Shown in pieces: positions 23,101 through 29,100 of a stretch of DNA of 64,000 nucleotides; positions within the stretch are counted from its first letter, which is position 1, and each line of letters starts with the position of its first letter. Made by a program: the position numbers and the translations under genes. Source of the DNA: Nitrosopumilus sp. (lineage in GTDB: Archaea; Thermoproteota; Nitrososphaeria; Nitrososphaerales; Nitrosopumilaceae); assembly GCA_965204345.1 (NCBI GenBank), contig OZ241981.1, positions 608,001-672,000 of the forward strand, in the 5' to 3' direction. A model generated the notes under the pieces. It ran no database searches. It had not been told where the DNA came from and worked only from the letters and a program-made list of their open reading frames with translations.

Positions 23101-26100
23101 TATAGGGTTCGTGCTTGTAGGAGAGGAGACTAGGGGGTGTGTAATGTGTGGAAATGGGCCTGTACGATCTACTGTAACAGATACATCATTAGATTGCAAA
23201 TTAACGTTGCCTGCAAGGTCTGCTGCCACATCTGCTGCAATTGACACGGTTACTGTTCCGTCTGATGAGCCCCGAGCAACATCAAAGGTGTAGACACTGC
23301 CTTCTCCATCAAAGTTGGATGCTACCGGATTGCCGCCGTTGGCAGTTCCTGTTACTGTAATGTCTTCCAGTTCAAAGTTCTGGACATCTTCATCAAAAGT
23401 TACTGTAAATGGTACGGTCTCAGCGTTGGTAAGTGTGGATGCAGTAGTTGTGATGGTTGGAGTTGGGCGTATGAGGTCGACTCTAACAGTTACTTCAGAA
23501 GATCCAGTATTACCGTTATCTGCCGCATCAAATGCTACATTTTGCGGTAAGGAATCACTTAGAACACCACTAACCTCACTGTACATGATATCAAAGGCGT
23601 ATGTGCGGGCATCAATTTGTTGAATGTTGGTCGCCTGACTGCCGGCTAGTATAAAGGAAGTCTCACCGAATCTCTGGACATCCTCGCTAAATTCTACTGT
23701 AAATGTTATTGTATCAGTGTTGACAGTCTCGGGGGCGTGCAAGGTTGCCGTTGGTCTCTGAGTATCAATCTCAACTGTGATCTCGTTGGATGGATCAACG
23801 TCAGCACCACCAAAAAGGGTGCTTGGCTGTAGGGATGCAGTTACGGTTCCATCAGAGGATCCGCGTACAACATCAAAGGTAGCTGTGTGGTCATCAATTT
23901 CCGTATAGCCAGATAGTGCCGGACTGCCGTCATTGGCAGTGCCCGTTACGATAATATTATAATCAAATAAGTTATCTGCGATAGTGGCACCAACCTCCTC
24001 ATTAAATGTTATTGTAAATGGTATGGTGGTAAGTTTGGTGATTGGGTTGGCAGTTGTGCTCAGGGTTACTATTGGGATAGGTTCAGTGGTAGAAAATGAG
24101 CCAAATGAGCTAAAGTGTGTGGTCCAGATTATCATATCAGATCCTGCACGAGTAAAACAGGATTCCAGCGCGCTGCCAGCTGCAAGATTAGTATTTGCAG
24201 TAGCCTGATTGACAGGAACAAACGAGCACTCAGTTAGCGGTCGTGATACCACAAGTCCATCAGCATCTTCTCCTGAGAAAAAGGCACCATCCTGCCCTGC
24301 CTGGCCAGGCAACAGTAACCTGACTGCCTGATCAAATGTCAATCTAGTGGTGCCATCACCTACTGAGAATACAAGTCCTGTCACATCATTGTCCGGACTT
24401 GGTGGAGCAGCAGTAGAGACAGATGGAACAGTTATGGTGCCTGCCCAGTCATCAGATGAGCCGCTTACGATTATGCCGTCCGGATAACTAACAGATACTG
24501 TTGCAGAAGAGACATCAGAAGTGATATTTACAGCAGAATCAGAGACTCTCACGCTCTTGACTCCTCCCTGATCATCAAATGTTGGGGCACCATTAAAGTC
24601 AAGCATCTGGCCACCAATAGCGGTAATAGTGTCAGGTAGTGTGTTAGATATGACGTTGAGGATACTCAAATTAGAAGATGGTGTAAATGTTACTCCGCCA
24701 TCATCGCTTCCGACTGGGACATTGATCTCAACTCCGATTCCGGTAATCTCGTTGGTAAAGGTAGACGTGAATGTGGTAATATCATCAGGTGGTGATGATA
24801 CAGATGGCAAGATATCAATTTGAATGGTGTTATCCCCCTTTTTTAGCAGTCCAGAATTGACTTTGATATCGTAATTTGCTTTTACGTCCTGAGCAAGCGG
24901 GTCAGATGATGAGCTGTATCCATAACCATAAGGACCGGTGCCCAAACCGCCATAGCCGCCACTTAGCATATTGGTAATGCCATTAAAGTTCAATGCCACA
25001 ATTTTACCCTTAACGTCTGCTGTCTGTCCAAAGTTGGCAGCAAGGGCATTTGAGAGACGGTTGCCAAACAAATCAAAGAATGCAACGACCTCATCAGAGT
25101 CACCGGGGTTGAGGACCACTCTGAGGACGGAGGGATCATCAGGAGAGATTTCGGGATTGAATGCAGAGCCTGGCAGAACCAGGGATAGCTGGCCTGCACT
25201 GCCCATCACGGTGATGCGGTTGTTGTTGCTGCTGCCAACAAATAAATCATGAATGACAAAGCCGACATCATCTATTACAACAGTGACATCGCCAGATGGA
25301 GTTACTCTGGTAATTGATGAGCCGCCAGCTACGACATAGTCTCCGTTTGAGGCAATCTTGACGGCGAGAGGATCTGCATTATCATTAGTTATGCCAGTTG
25401 CAATAACAGTTACAGTACCACCTGCATCTACTTGGTACAGGGTGCCACCGGTTCCAGCATTAGAAACATAAACATAGCTGCCAGTTGCTGACTCTACAAC
25501 ATCAAATGCATTGCCCTGTGGTGTATTAGTATTAGAGTTAACTGTAACATAGTTGCCTGCACCATCAACTATCATATCAGTTATGCCAGTAGCAGTATCT
25601 TCAAGTTCAGTTACAGTGCCATCCGGACTTACCTGGGATATGACACCATCAGATGTTGCTACAACAAGATTGCCAGTACCGCCAGGCTGATTTGCAACTG
25701 CAATTATATTTGGAATATCTGCAATATCAGACTCTGTGCCGCTTGCACTTAGTCCAATCAGCTTGCCATTGCCATTATCAGCAATAACATAGTCTCCGTT
25801 TTGATCAACTGCAAAATCAGTGGCAGAGGAAATATTGGTAGATGTACCTACAAGACTTGTCAGAGTTGCAGGAGTGAGTGGCAAAGTCAGGCCATCATTG
25901 GTGGCAGGATCACTAATCCTAAGCTCTATTGACAGTATGTCATCAATATCGGCAAGCACACCGTTGGTAAAATCGACAAAAATTTCATTATCAGTAAGGG
26001 ATATGGTTACAGCATCAATTCCAGGATATGGCGAAAAGAGCACGGCAAATATGACTATCGCTACTGCTAGTGCTCCAAATTCCCGTTTAGACTTTGTCCT

Positions 26101-26124
26101 AATACTTGTAATACTAATAGCCAA
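2113..26124 (-). CDS. giant (8003 aa) secreted Ig-like-repeat surface protein / putative adhesin
   Basis: Uninterrupted 24-kb ORF (TTG start). Architecture: signal peptide (KSKREFGALAVAIVIFAVLFSP), NHL/beta-propeller-like head, roughly 55 ~104-aa Ig-like repeats (FSEDV.NF...DITV.G.ANGG...YTFDV.RG..DG.V..SI...VA.D.AGN.N.AS), Cys-containing cadherin-like inserts, two WTTHFSSF domains, poly-Gly linker, duplicated C-terminal domain. Confidence 0.9.
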   Translation of the reverse strand: MAISITSIRTKSKREFGALAVAIVIFAVLFSPYPGIDAVTISLTDNEIFVDFTNGVLADIDDILSIELRISDPATNDGLTLPLTPATLTSLVGTSTNISSATDFAVDQNGDYVIADNGNGKLIGLSASGTESDIADIPNIIAVANQPGGTGNLVVATSDGVISQVSPDGTVTELEDTATGITDMIVDGAGNYVTVNSNTNTPQGNAFDVVESATGSYVYVSNAGTGGTLYQVDAGGTVTVIATGITNDNADPLAVKIASNGDYVVAGGSSITRVTPSGDVTVVIDDVGFVIHDLFVGSSNNNRITVMGSAGQLSLVLPGSAFNPEISPDDPSVLRVVLNPGDSDEVVAFFDLFGNRLSNALAANFGQTADVKGKIVALNFNGITNMLSGGYGGLGTGPYGYGYSSSSDPLAQDVKANYDIKVNSGLLKKGDNTIQIDILPSVSSPPDDITTFTSTFTNEITGIGVEINVPVGSDDGGVTFTPSSNLSILNVISNTLPDTITAIGGQMLDFNGAPTFDDQGGVKSVRVSDSAVNITSDVSSATVSVSYPDGIIVSGSSDDWAGTITVPSVSTAAPPSPDNDVTGLVFSVGDGTTRLTFDQAVRLLLPGQAGQDGAFFSGEDADGLVVSRPLTECSFVPVNQATANTNLAAGSALESCFTRAGSDMIIWTTHFSSFGSFSTTEPIPIVTLSTTANPITKLTTIPFTITFNEEVGATIADNLFDYNIIVTGTANDGSPALSGYTEIDDHTATFDVVRGSSDGTVTASLQPSTLFGGADVDPSNEITVEIDTQRPTATLHAPETVNTDTITFTVEFSEDVQRFGETSFILAGSQATNIQQIDARTYAFDIMYSEVSGVLSDSLPQNVAFDAADNGNTGSSEVTVRVDLIRPTPTITTTASTLTNAETVPFTVTFDEDVQNFELEDITVTGTANGGNPVASNFDGEGSVYTFDVARGSSDGTVTVSIAADVAADLAGNVNLQSNDVSVTVDRTGPFPHITHPLVSSPTSTNPIPFTVIFSEDVQNFELEDITVTGTTNSENLTVINFEVHDDHTYFFSVLTENLDTVLTVSIAADVAADSAGNPNTASNSVTLITNNRLPGVSLSTIASDSTSLSTIPFTATFTEDVENFELEDITVTGTANGGNPVASNFDGEGSVYTFDVARGSTDGTVTVSIAANVATDLAGSPNHASIPITVTIDTSSAPSVSLDTVAGDLTTLEAIPFTAIFSSVVTGFVSSDIVVTIDGVRAPLGLIPTVNGQPGSDYTFTVIHGITEGVLTVTIPTDVVDGGNTGDTVTITVDRIKPSVSITPVDGTITSDDPVTFTATFNEDVENFGLEDITVTGTANGGAPTADNFVTVNARTYTFDVARGTTDGTVIASIATGVAADLAGNSNTASAPVTVTIESIIPTVSVTTTADILNNLDTIPFTATFSEDVENFELEDITVTGTANGGNPVASNLDGEGSIYTFDVARGSTDGTVIVSIAADVAVDSAGNPNEASSSSAIVTIDTLAPTVSVSSSAGSSTNADTVPFTATFSEDVEDFELEDITVTGTANGGNPVASNLDGEGSIYTFDVARGSTDGTVIVSIAADVAVDSAGNPNEASSSSAIVTIDTLAPTVSVSSSAGSSTNADTVPFTATFTEDVEDFELEDITVTGTANGGNPVASNLDGEGSIYTFDVARGSTDGTVIVSIAADVAVDSAGNPNEASIPATVTIDPSIPSVSLSTDATDPTNSEIIEFTATFDEDVTGFEQSDIVVAINGTTTSDLITAFTGDGAEYTFTVTHGITTEGQLTATIPDGVTIEGNTDAVHTITVDMIRPSVSITPADGTATSDDPVTFTATFSEDVQNFILSDITVTGTANGGSPAADNFVTVDARTYTFDVARGTTDGTVIPSIATGVAADLAGNPNAASAPVTVTIETIAPTVSVTTTADILNNLDTIPFTATFSEDVENFELEDITVTGTANGGNPVASNLDGEGSIYTFDVARGFTDGTVIVSIAADVAVDSAGNPNEASSSSAIVIIETLAPTVSVSSSAGSSTGLDTVPFTATFTEDVEDFELEDITVTGTANGGNPVASNLNGEGSVYTFDVARGSTDGTVIVSIAANVAVDSAGNPNMASVPVTITIDIRSVSLSTDATDPTNSETIDFTATFDEDVTGFERSDIVVAINGTSAPNSLITAFTGTSGTQYDFTVTHGIATEGQLTVRIPPNVVAEGNTASATAALTVDRINPSVTITPADGTTTRDDSVTFTATFGENVQNFELGDITITGSANGGAPAASNFATVDARTYTFDVARGSTDGTVTASIAAGVAADLAGNPNAASNSVTVTITTNTLPPVPAVTPGITLQHPVLATHQEFSLDDHFTDPEGDTLSYTNPSDDCTGTLTQQPPAGSNTFRFVSSAAETCTLSFDISDGTIASTGGTYTVNISVILDAAPVRTATPLTVDVPADQPRNVILDINDYYTDATTLTLVSDPTSDDCTDFNSITRSNGQFEFVPLGAFASASTCTVQTTFSDGNRHTDTEITINYLSLPTVTVAEGESLSHQVSLPANFFPADVGFISTGHSYLNINLDGLVTGNIPFDVVAHPPTGTSIRDDFDLSTEIQVEYQLDDGADTTTGSFTLTVTDVNRVPAGTVPPSFSFNIDETHTGNLATNIADPDGDTLSYTLDNNACQSSSVTVNPTGAFTVTATPNNAVTYPEDCSFTFDVTDGSATEQFTSSYRVLSTVTNLLPPIPASVPSATVEYPNRTVPQISLRDHFVDPEFETLSFNNFSSCAAGVTLDVTLLDNHNMQIDPVANDVGTTCVVSFDISDGTTQSTGQPYSFELVVTENPAPVRTATPLVIDVLSDQSRTVTIDINDYYTDDKSLSIVDTITSDDCTFRSTSPDSGVFTFEVLEDSTGGLTCTVQTTFSDGNYFTPAEFTINYLDRISVSLTTDVGDLTNLEAIEFTVTFGRAVTGFDQDDIIVRIDETTTTPGLITSFAGEGAQYTFTVTHGLTESLLVVVIPVDAADGGSASDGSRITVDRANPTVSITPADGTITSDDPVTFTATFSEDVQNFELGDITITGTANGTNPAAANFVTVDARTYTFDVARGFTDGTVIPSITANVATDLAGNPNTASAPVTVTIDTAVPSVSVTTTPIDFTNSDTVTFTATFSEDVQNFILSDITVTGTANGGSPVASNFVTVDARTYTFDVARGTTDGTVTTSIAADVATNLAGTSNTASAPVTVTVDTTVPTVTITPVNGTITSDDPVTFTATFSEDVQNFILSDITVTGTANGTNPTAANFVTVDARTYTFDVSRGSTDGTVIPSIAADVATDLANNPNTASAPVTVTIDTTVPTVTITPADGTTTDEDPVIFTATFSEDVQNFILSDITVTGTANGGAPAAANFVTVNARTYTFDVARGSTDGTVTASIAADVAADLANNPNTASAPVTVTIDTTVPFVLLSTDASNPTNSETIDFTATFDEDVTGFEQSDIVVTINGTEVSNSLITAFTGTSGTQYDFTVTHGIATGGQLTVTIPADVVAGGNTASAATLTVDRIDPTVTITPADGTITSDDPVTFTATFSEDVQNFILSDITVTGTANGTNPTAANFVTIDARTYTFDVARGSTDGTVTASIAADVAADLANNPNTASNLVTVTIDTAVPTVTIKPVNGTITSDDPVTFTATFSEDVQNFILSDITVTGSANGTNPTAANFVTINARTYTFDVSRGSTDGTVTASIAADVAADLANNPNTASNLVTVTIDTAVPTVTITPVNGTITSDDPVTFTATFSEDVQNFILSDITVTGTANGTNPTAANFVTVNARTYTFDVARGSTDGTVTASIAADVAADLANNPNTASNLVTVTIDTTVPTVTITPVNGTITSDDPVTFTATFSEDVQNFILSDITVTGTANGTNPTAANFVTVNARTYTFDVSRGSTDGTVTASIAADVAADLANNPNTASNLVTVTIDTAVPTVTITPVNGTITSDDPVTFTATFSEDVQNFILSDITVTGTANGTNPTAANFVTVNARTYTFDVSRGSSDGTIIPSIAAGVAEDLADNLNTASAPVTVTIDTVRPTVTLASNAGASTNSDTITFTATFSRDVDPITEGDITVTGTANGGILTVTNIQTVDSRTYTFDVADIASDGTIITSIAAGVTVDSAENSNTASTQVTVTVDTTDLTVSVATTADDNTNLTTIPFTVNFNKAVADFVLSDITVTGTANDGTPAASNLAGSGTQYTFDVVRGTSDGTVTVSIAENVATDAAGNLNTASAQVTVTVDSEALTVSVDTTAGENTNLDTVPFTVTFNKAVEDFELSDITVEGTANDGTPAASNLAGSGTEYTFDVIRGTSDGTVTVSIAAGVATDAAGNSNLASPSSAAVTIDTTDLTVSVATTAGDNTNLATVPFTVTFNKAVEDFVLSDITVTGTVNGSAPAASNLLGSGTEYTFDVIRGSSDGTVTVSIAENVATDAAGNLNTASAQVTVTVDSEALTVSVATTAGDNTNLDTIPFTVTFNKAVEDFVLSDITVEGTANDGAPAASNLLGSGTEYTFDVVRGTSDGTVTVSIAAGVATDAAGNLNTASAQVTVTVDSEALTVSVATTAGDNTNLDTIPFTVTFNKAVEDFVLSDITVEGTANDGAPAASNLLGSGTEYTFDVVRGTSDGTVTVSIAAGVATDAAGNSNLASPSSAAVTIDTTDLTVSVATTAGDTTNFATVPFTVTFNKAVEDFVLSDITVEGTANDGAPAASNLLGSGTEYTFDVVRGTSDGTVTVSIAAGVATDAAGNSNLASPSSAAVTIDTTDLTVSVATTAGDTTNFATVPFTVTFNKAVEDFELSDITVTGTVNGSAPAASNLLGSGTEYTFDVVRGTSDGTVTVSIAENVATDAAGNLNTASAPVIVTIDITTPTVTITPPDGTVISDDPVTFRATFSEDVQNFVLADITVEGTANNGTLTATDFVAVDARTYTFNVARGSSDGTVSPSIAAGVATDLAANLNEASAPVTVTIDTVRPTVTLSSNAGANTNFDTITFTATFSRDVEAITETDITVEGTANGGILTVTNIQTVDSRTYTFDVADIASDGTVITSIAAGVTVDSAENSNTASTQVTVTVDTTDLTVSVATTADDNTNLTTIPFTVNFNKAVADFELSDITVTGTANDGTPAASNLLGSGTQYTFDVIRGTSDGTVTVSIAENVATDAAGNLNTASTPITITIDTEALTVSVTTTAGENTNLDTVPFTVNFNKAVADFELSDITVEGTANDGTPAASNLAGSGAQYTFDVVRGTSDGTVTVSIAADVATDAAGNLNTASAPVTVTIDTTDLTVSVTTTTDDNTNLTTIPFTVNFNKAVADFVLSDITVTGTANDGTPAPSNLLGSGAEYTFDVVRGSSDGTVTVSIAENVATDAAGNLNTASAPVTVTVDTTAPIVSVATTADMINNLDTVPFTARFTEDVENFVLDDITVAGTANGGALTASNFVTVNASTYTFDVADISSDGTVTVSIGEGVATDFVGNLNTASAPITVTIDATIPSVSLGTVASGPTNSEAIQFTATFSSDVTGFIASDIVVTVDGNTATPGSLITAFTETSGTQYDFTVTHGITTEGQLTVSIPAGVVQGGNTASPSPTTITIDLIAPQVFVGSTAGSITNLATIPFTATFSEDVENFELGDITVTGTANGANLTASNFATVNASTYTFDVADISSDGTVTVSLDEDVAADLAGNPNEALPRHVTVTIDSTSTNLLPTIPAVPPIITLEYPALRDQPILLSDHFVDPDGDEVTFTEIITSCQGIFVVSLDSMLLFRSVTAEECVFSFDISDGTDSTTDRPYTAILNVVADPAPVLGDLTIQVQPDESRTVNIDVNNFYDDNKVLSIIGDTQSSSDCTTSIISDITPNSFSFTPTNQFSTTDECTVQFTISDGNRQIETTVTVQYLPGLTASIGTTANPITNLAVIPFTVTFSEDVTGFDRGDIVVAADGVAITTTASELIPGFEGTSGGTDYTFTVAHGITEGQLTVTIPTNVVNEDNIESVYALTVDRISPVIILVPADGTTTTAATIPFTLTFSEEINVFSIPNVIAVTGSANGGNPVASDFSISEGIYTFSVARGSSDGIVTVSINTGTIRDLAGNFNEAFTATFTIDTTVLSVSLDTTAADPTNSEAIEFTATFDEDVTQFTMEDIVVAINGTDTSGLISGFSGSDADYTFTVTHGITTQGELTVTIPDGAVAEGNMASTRTLTVDRIRPSVSITPVDGTTTSDNPVTFTATFSEDVENFELTDITVTGTANGGTLTASGFATVDARTYTFNVAGISSDGTVIASIAADVATDLAGNSNTASAPVTVTVDSTVPSVSLDTTATDPTNSETISFTATFDEDVTGFVQSDIVVAIDGTPAANSLLTAFSGSGADYTFTVTHGIAAEGQLTVTIPDDAVVEGNTANTHTLTVDRIDPTVTITPVDGTTTGDDPVTFTATFSEDVENFVLADITVTGTVNGGSPVASNLLGDGSVYTFDVARGSTDGTVTVSIAGDVARDLADNSNTASVPVTVTIDTTIPNSLPPVPAVQPVITLEHPTLAPPTFSLDDHFTDPDDDTLSYTNISDDCTGTLTQQPPAGSDTFRFVSSAAETCTLSFDISDGTGASTGGAYTVNISVVLDAAPVRTTTPLTVDVLSSQLRKVTLDINNYYTDTQTLTLVSAPTSSDCTDFTSAILPNGQFDFEPINAFAGASTCTVQATFSDGNRHTTADLTINYLDVATVSLSTNVTDPTNSEAIPFTATFGSDVTGFIADDIVVTIDGNPATPGSLISEFGGSGADYTFTVTHGITAEGQLAVTIPANAVVEGNTASTATTFTVDRIVPTVTITPADGTTTSDDPVTFTATFNEDVQNFELGDITVTGTANGGSPEVTNLNGEGSIYTFDVARGTTDGTVISSIAADVTTDLAGNLNTGSNSVTVTIDTVPLTVSVATTADDNTNLATIPFTATFNKDVEDFDLTDITVTGTANGGTPVASNLGGTGSVYTFDVLRGTTDGTVTVSIDALKATDAAGNSNEASAQITVTIDTIAPTVSVSSSIGSSTGLDTVPFTVTFSKDVQNFELGDITVTGTANGTNPIASNFATVNARTYTFDVARGSSDGTVIPSIAADVATDLAGNPNTASAPVTVTVDTTVPYVSLSTGASDPTNSEAISFTATFSEDVTGFEQSDIVVTINGTEVSDSLITTFTGTSGTQYDFTVTHGIATEGELTVTIPEGAVVEDNTDAVHIITVDMVNPTVSITPPDGTTTGDDPVTFTATFSEDVRNFVLDDITVTGTANGDAPAATNFVTVDASTYTFDVARGSTDGTVTVSINANVAADSAGNPNETSNSVTVTINTTGDAIEADIPLGGVDGVITYIPSSNLITLNVIYDTLPETIIATDGQLLKFNTAPTFADDSANGVKSVRISDSPAKVTSAVSDSQTVTVTYPAGIVVSGSSDDWDGTITVPSLSTNAATPPTSNDEIGLAFSVGDGNTRLTFDQAVRLLLPDQASRDGAFFQGENADGVVESRPLVVCPFVPVNQATANTNLEAGTTLESCFVRDGSDMIIWTTHFSSFGSFSIGSVDPTPSTPSSSRGGGGGGGGGGGGGGGGGGSSSLPSGSSSIAGSVSGAVLYDVQWDVCEANTINVIAGPVTDNLFVKLRTNAGIITAERSDDQSYPGRISFDANLSPNESFVHVQVENIISRGISTDSKSLNITECSGSVSVKTYESSSPVIAGGSAVVTPDQPSSKADLPTDTMTDLPTVPIPGLAPVQTPEPVRKFLADFTDITNDNTGMKLTDFQTLQSNPDKYALVVLGVSGQTVTTVALTDRPDSEESNNNANLFLQISSSDDMVNSMRGVLLGGDTIEIVAGDGSRTIVPTSAEIAIASEDANVAVSQKSGMKINDRSTQVDLPDVLKEFLNTNIEFTNEDTGKTLTQYMVLQSVPDMFAEKELGISGQTVTTIAFPDRYGREDSNDDLNVFVQFTHTDEQVNSLRGIQQGGNAISVSTNGVEQGTLTQTVEIPLG
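3352..3405 (-). repeat. (GGTGGC)n microsatellite encoding about 18 Gly
   Basis: accgcc hexamer run read directly in the sequence. Confidence 0.9.
4110..24070 (-). repeat. tandem ~309-312-nt Ig-like domain repeats within the giant gene
   Basis: Near-identical text recurs at 14281/14593/14905/15217 (312-nt period) and at 21143/21455/21767. Confidence 0.9.
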
Positions 26125-26180
26125 TCTAAATTTACAATAAAATTCAAGTTAATAAATGAATAAAATTGACGATGTTGCAA

Positions 26181-29100
26181 TTATTCGTATTTGTCGTAGG
26201 GTTCTATTGGTTCCTTTGTGGTTTTGTTGTCCCTAAGCCATTCTAATGTCTTTACAAAGGAATCGGCCAATTCAATAGTAGTCAGCACCGGAATTCCCAA
26301 TTCAAGGGATTTTCGCCTGATCTGATATTCGTCATCAAGCATTCCAACATATTTTTCCAAGGTCGAGGTACTTGGAATGTTTATGATAAAATCAATTTTA
26401 CGCTCATAGAGCAGGTCAGAGATGTTGGGCTTTCTGTCAGGCTCAGAAATTTTGTGCACGATCTCAACTTTGCCAATCCTTTCTTCAAAAAATTCAGCAG
26501 TATGCTCTGTTGCTAAAATCTTAAATTCCAAATGCTTGAGTTTGGCAATTGTTGATATCAGTTTTTCCTTATTTTGTGCGCCGCCTACGGTAACTAGGGC
26601 GGAGCCCTTCTCTGGCAGATTATATCCGACTGATGTCAATCCCTTTGATAGCGCATCATAGAAACTGTTTCCAAAACAGGCAGCCTCGCCAGTAGATTGC
26701 ATTTCAACACCCAAGGCAATATCTGCGCCTTCTAACTGCATAAAAGAAAATTGGGGAACCTTGATTCCATAATTATGAATTTTTTGCCACTTGTTTTCGG
26801 GAATTTTGGGCAGAGGCTTCTCCAAGATGGCCCGGGATGCAAGTGAGATCAGGTTTGTTTTGACGAGTTTGGAGACAAACGGCATAGAACGGGATGCGCG
26901 TATGTTTAATTCGATTACATAGACATGGTCATCATGAACCAAAAACTGAAGATTAAATGGTCCTTTGACGTTAAATGTCAGTGCAATCTTTTTTGTATAC
27001 TCGTTAATTGTCTCAATGATCTTGTTACTCAGACGCCACGGGGGGATAACCATCATTGCATCACCGGAATGAACGCCGGCACTGTCAATATGCTCAACTA
27101 TTGCGCCAATTACAACTTGCCTGCCGTTGCTAATTCCATCTACATCAACCTCAAGGGAGTTTAGCATGAATTTTGAAATTACAACGGGGTGATCAGGCGA
27201 TACGTCGGTAGCTTCTTGCACGTATGTCTTTAATTCATCCTGAGACCATACAACCTTCATGGCTGCACCAGACAAGACGTATGATGGCCTTACAATTACG
27301 GGGAACTGGACCTCTTGGGCAAAAGACTTTGCCTCACCAATATTTGAAAAGGCCTGCCAGCGCGGCTGTTGTATGTGAAGCTTGTCAAGTTCTGCGCTGA
27401 ATTTGGAACGATCCTCGGCCCTATCAACATCATGTGCGCCGGTTCCAAGAATGTTTATGCCATGCCGGGCAAGTCCGGGAGTCAGATTGTTTGCAGTCTG
27501 TCCACCAACGCATGTAATAATTCCTTGCGGGTTTTCAAATTCGGTGATATCAAGGATTCTCTCCTGGGTTAATTCTTCAAAATACAACCTAGTGCAAATA
27601 TCATAGTCAGTTGAAACGGTTTCAGGATTACAGTTAACTATTGAAACATGTTTCTGGCCGTTTTCCTGAAGGCCCCATACCATGTTGACAGTTCCCCAAT
27701 CAAACTCGACACTGCTGCCAATTCTATAGGGTCCCGCACCAAGAACAACAATTCCTTTTTGATCCTTGGGCACGGCAATATCATTAGAATGTCCGCCGTA
27801 CGTCAGATAGAGATAGTTTGTTACCGCAGGCCATTCGGCAGCCAGGGTATCAATCTGCTTTACACAAGGAATTACGCCTAATTTCTTCCTCAAATCACGT
27901 ATTTCATCAGGACCGCAGTCTTTGGCACGGGCAATCTGTTTATCTCCAAAGCCTGCCTTTTTTGCCTCCCAAAGAAGCGACTCGTCTAACTCTGAATCTT
28001 TTAGTTTTTTCTCAACATTTACAATATTTTGAATTTTTTCAACAAACCAGGGGTCTATAGCAGATAGTTTGTAGATTCTCTTAACAGAGATGTTCATCTT
28101 TAATGCAACAGCAACATGATACAGGACCTCATCGTCGTGATGTGATAGCTTGTACTCAATTTCTTCCTCAGTGTAGGTTTTGCCACTTGAGCGATTCAAA
28201 ACTAGTCCATCATTGCCAATATCTAGCATTCGAATTGCCTTTTGGAATGATTCCTCAAAGGTCCTGCCAACTGCCATGACCTCACCTACAGACTTCATGG
28301 TGGGACCAAGTCTTCTATTAACCAGCTCAAATTTTCCAAAATCCCATCGAGGATGCTTGCATACAATATAGTCCAGTGAGGGCTCAAAACAGGCAGTAGT
28401 GCTCTTTGTAATTCTATTGACAAGCTCAGACAGGTTATAGCCCAATCCAATCTTTGCAGACATGTATGCCAAGGGATACCCGGTAGCCTTGCTTGCAAGT
28501 GCAGAAGAGCGGGAAAGCCTAGGATTGATTTCAATTGCAACATATCTGTCAGAGTCAGGGGCAAGCGCATATTGGATATTGCACTCACCTACAATCCCAA
28601 CATGTTTTGTTGCACGCAATGCCGCAGAGCGCAGCATGTGGTATTCATGGTTATTGATAGTTTGAGACGGGGCAACTACAATGTTATCTCCGGTGTGAGC
28701 CTTCATTGAAAGGATGTTTTCCATGTTACAAACAATTACGTTATTTCCATCATAGTCTTGCATGACTTCATACTCAATCTGCTTCCAGTGTCCAATGTAT
28801 TCCTCAACTAGGACCTGCTTTACCAGACTAGCCCTAAGGCCGCGCTCTACAATTTCATGCAGCTCAATCTCATTATGTGCAATTCCCCCGCCTCTGCCTC
28901 CAAGGGTATATGCGACTCGAATGATTACAGGGTAATTGAGCATTTTGGCTGCCTTTTTTGCATCCTCAAAATTATTGACAGTCTTGCTCTTCAAGACAGG
29001 CACGTCACATTCCTTCATGGCATCCTTGAAGAGCTGCCTATCTTCGGTTCTCTGAATGCCTTTGACCTGGGTTCCAAGTACGCTAATATCGTATTTCTTA

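Noticed and set aside
2113-26124. Diversity-generating retroelement or intein in the giant gene
   Set aside because: No reverse transcriptase, no adenine-specific TR/VR pair noticed, and no Hint-domain C...HN motif.
2165-26140. Many long plus-strand ORFs (up to 1191 aa) opposite the giant gene
   Set aside because: Antisense shadows in the mirror frame of a Thr/Val/Ala/Asp-rich repeat gene; they share its periodicity and show no independent protein features.
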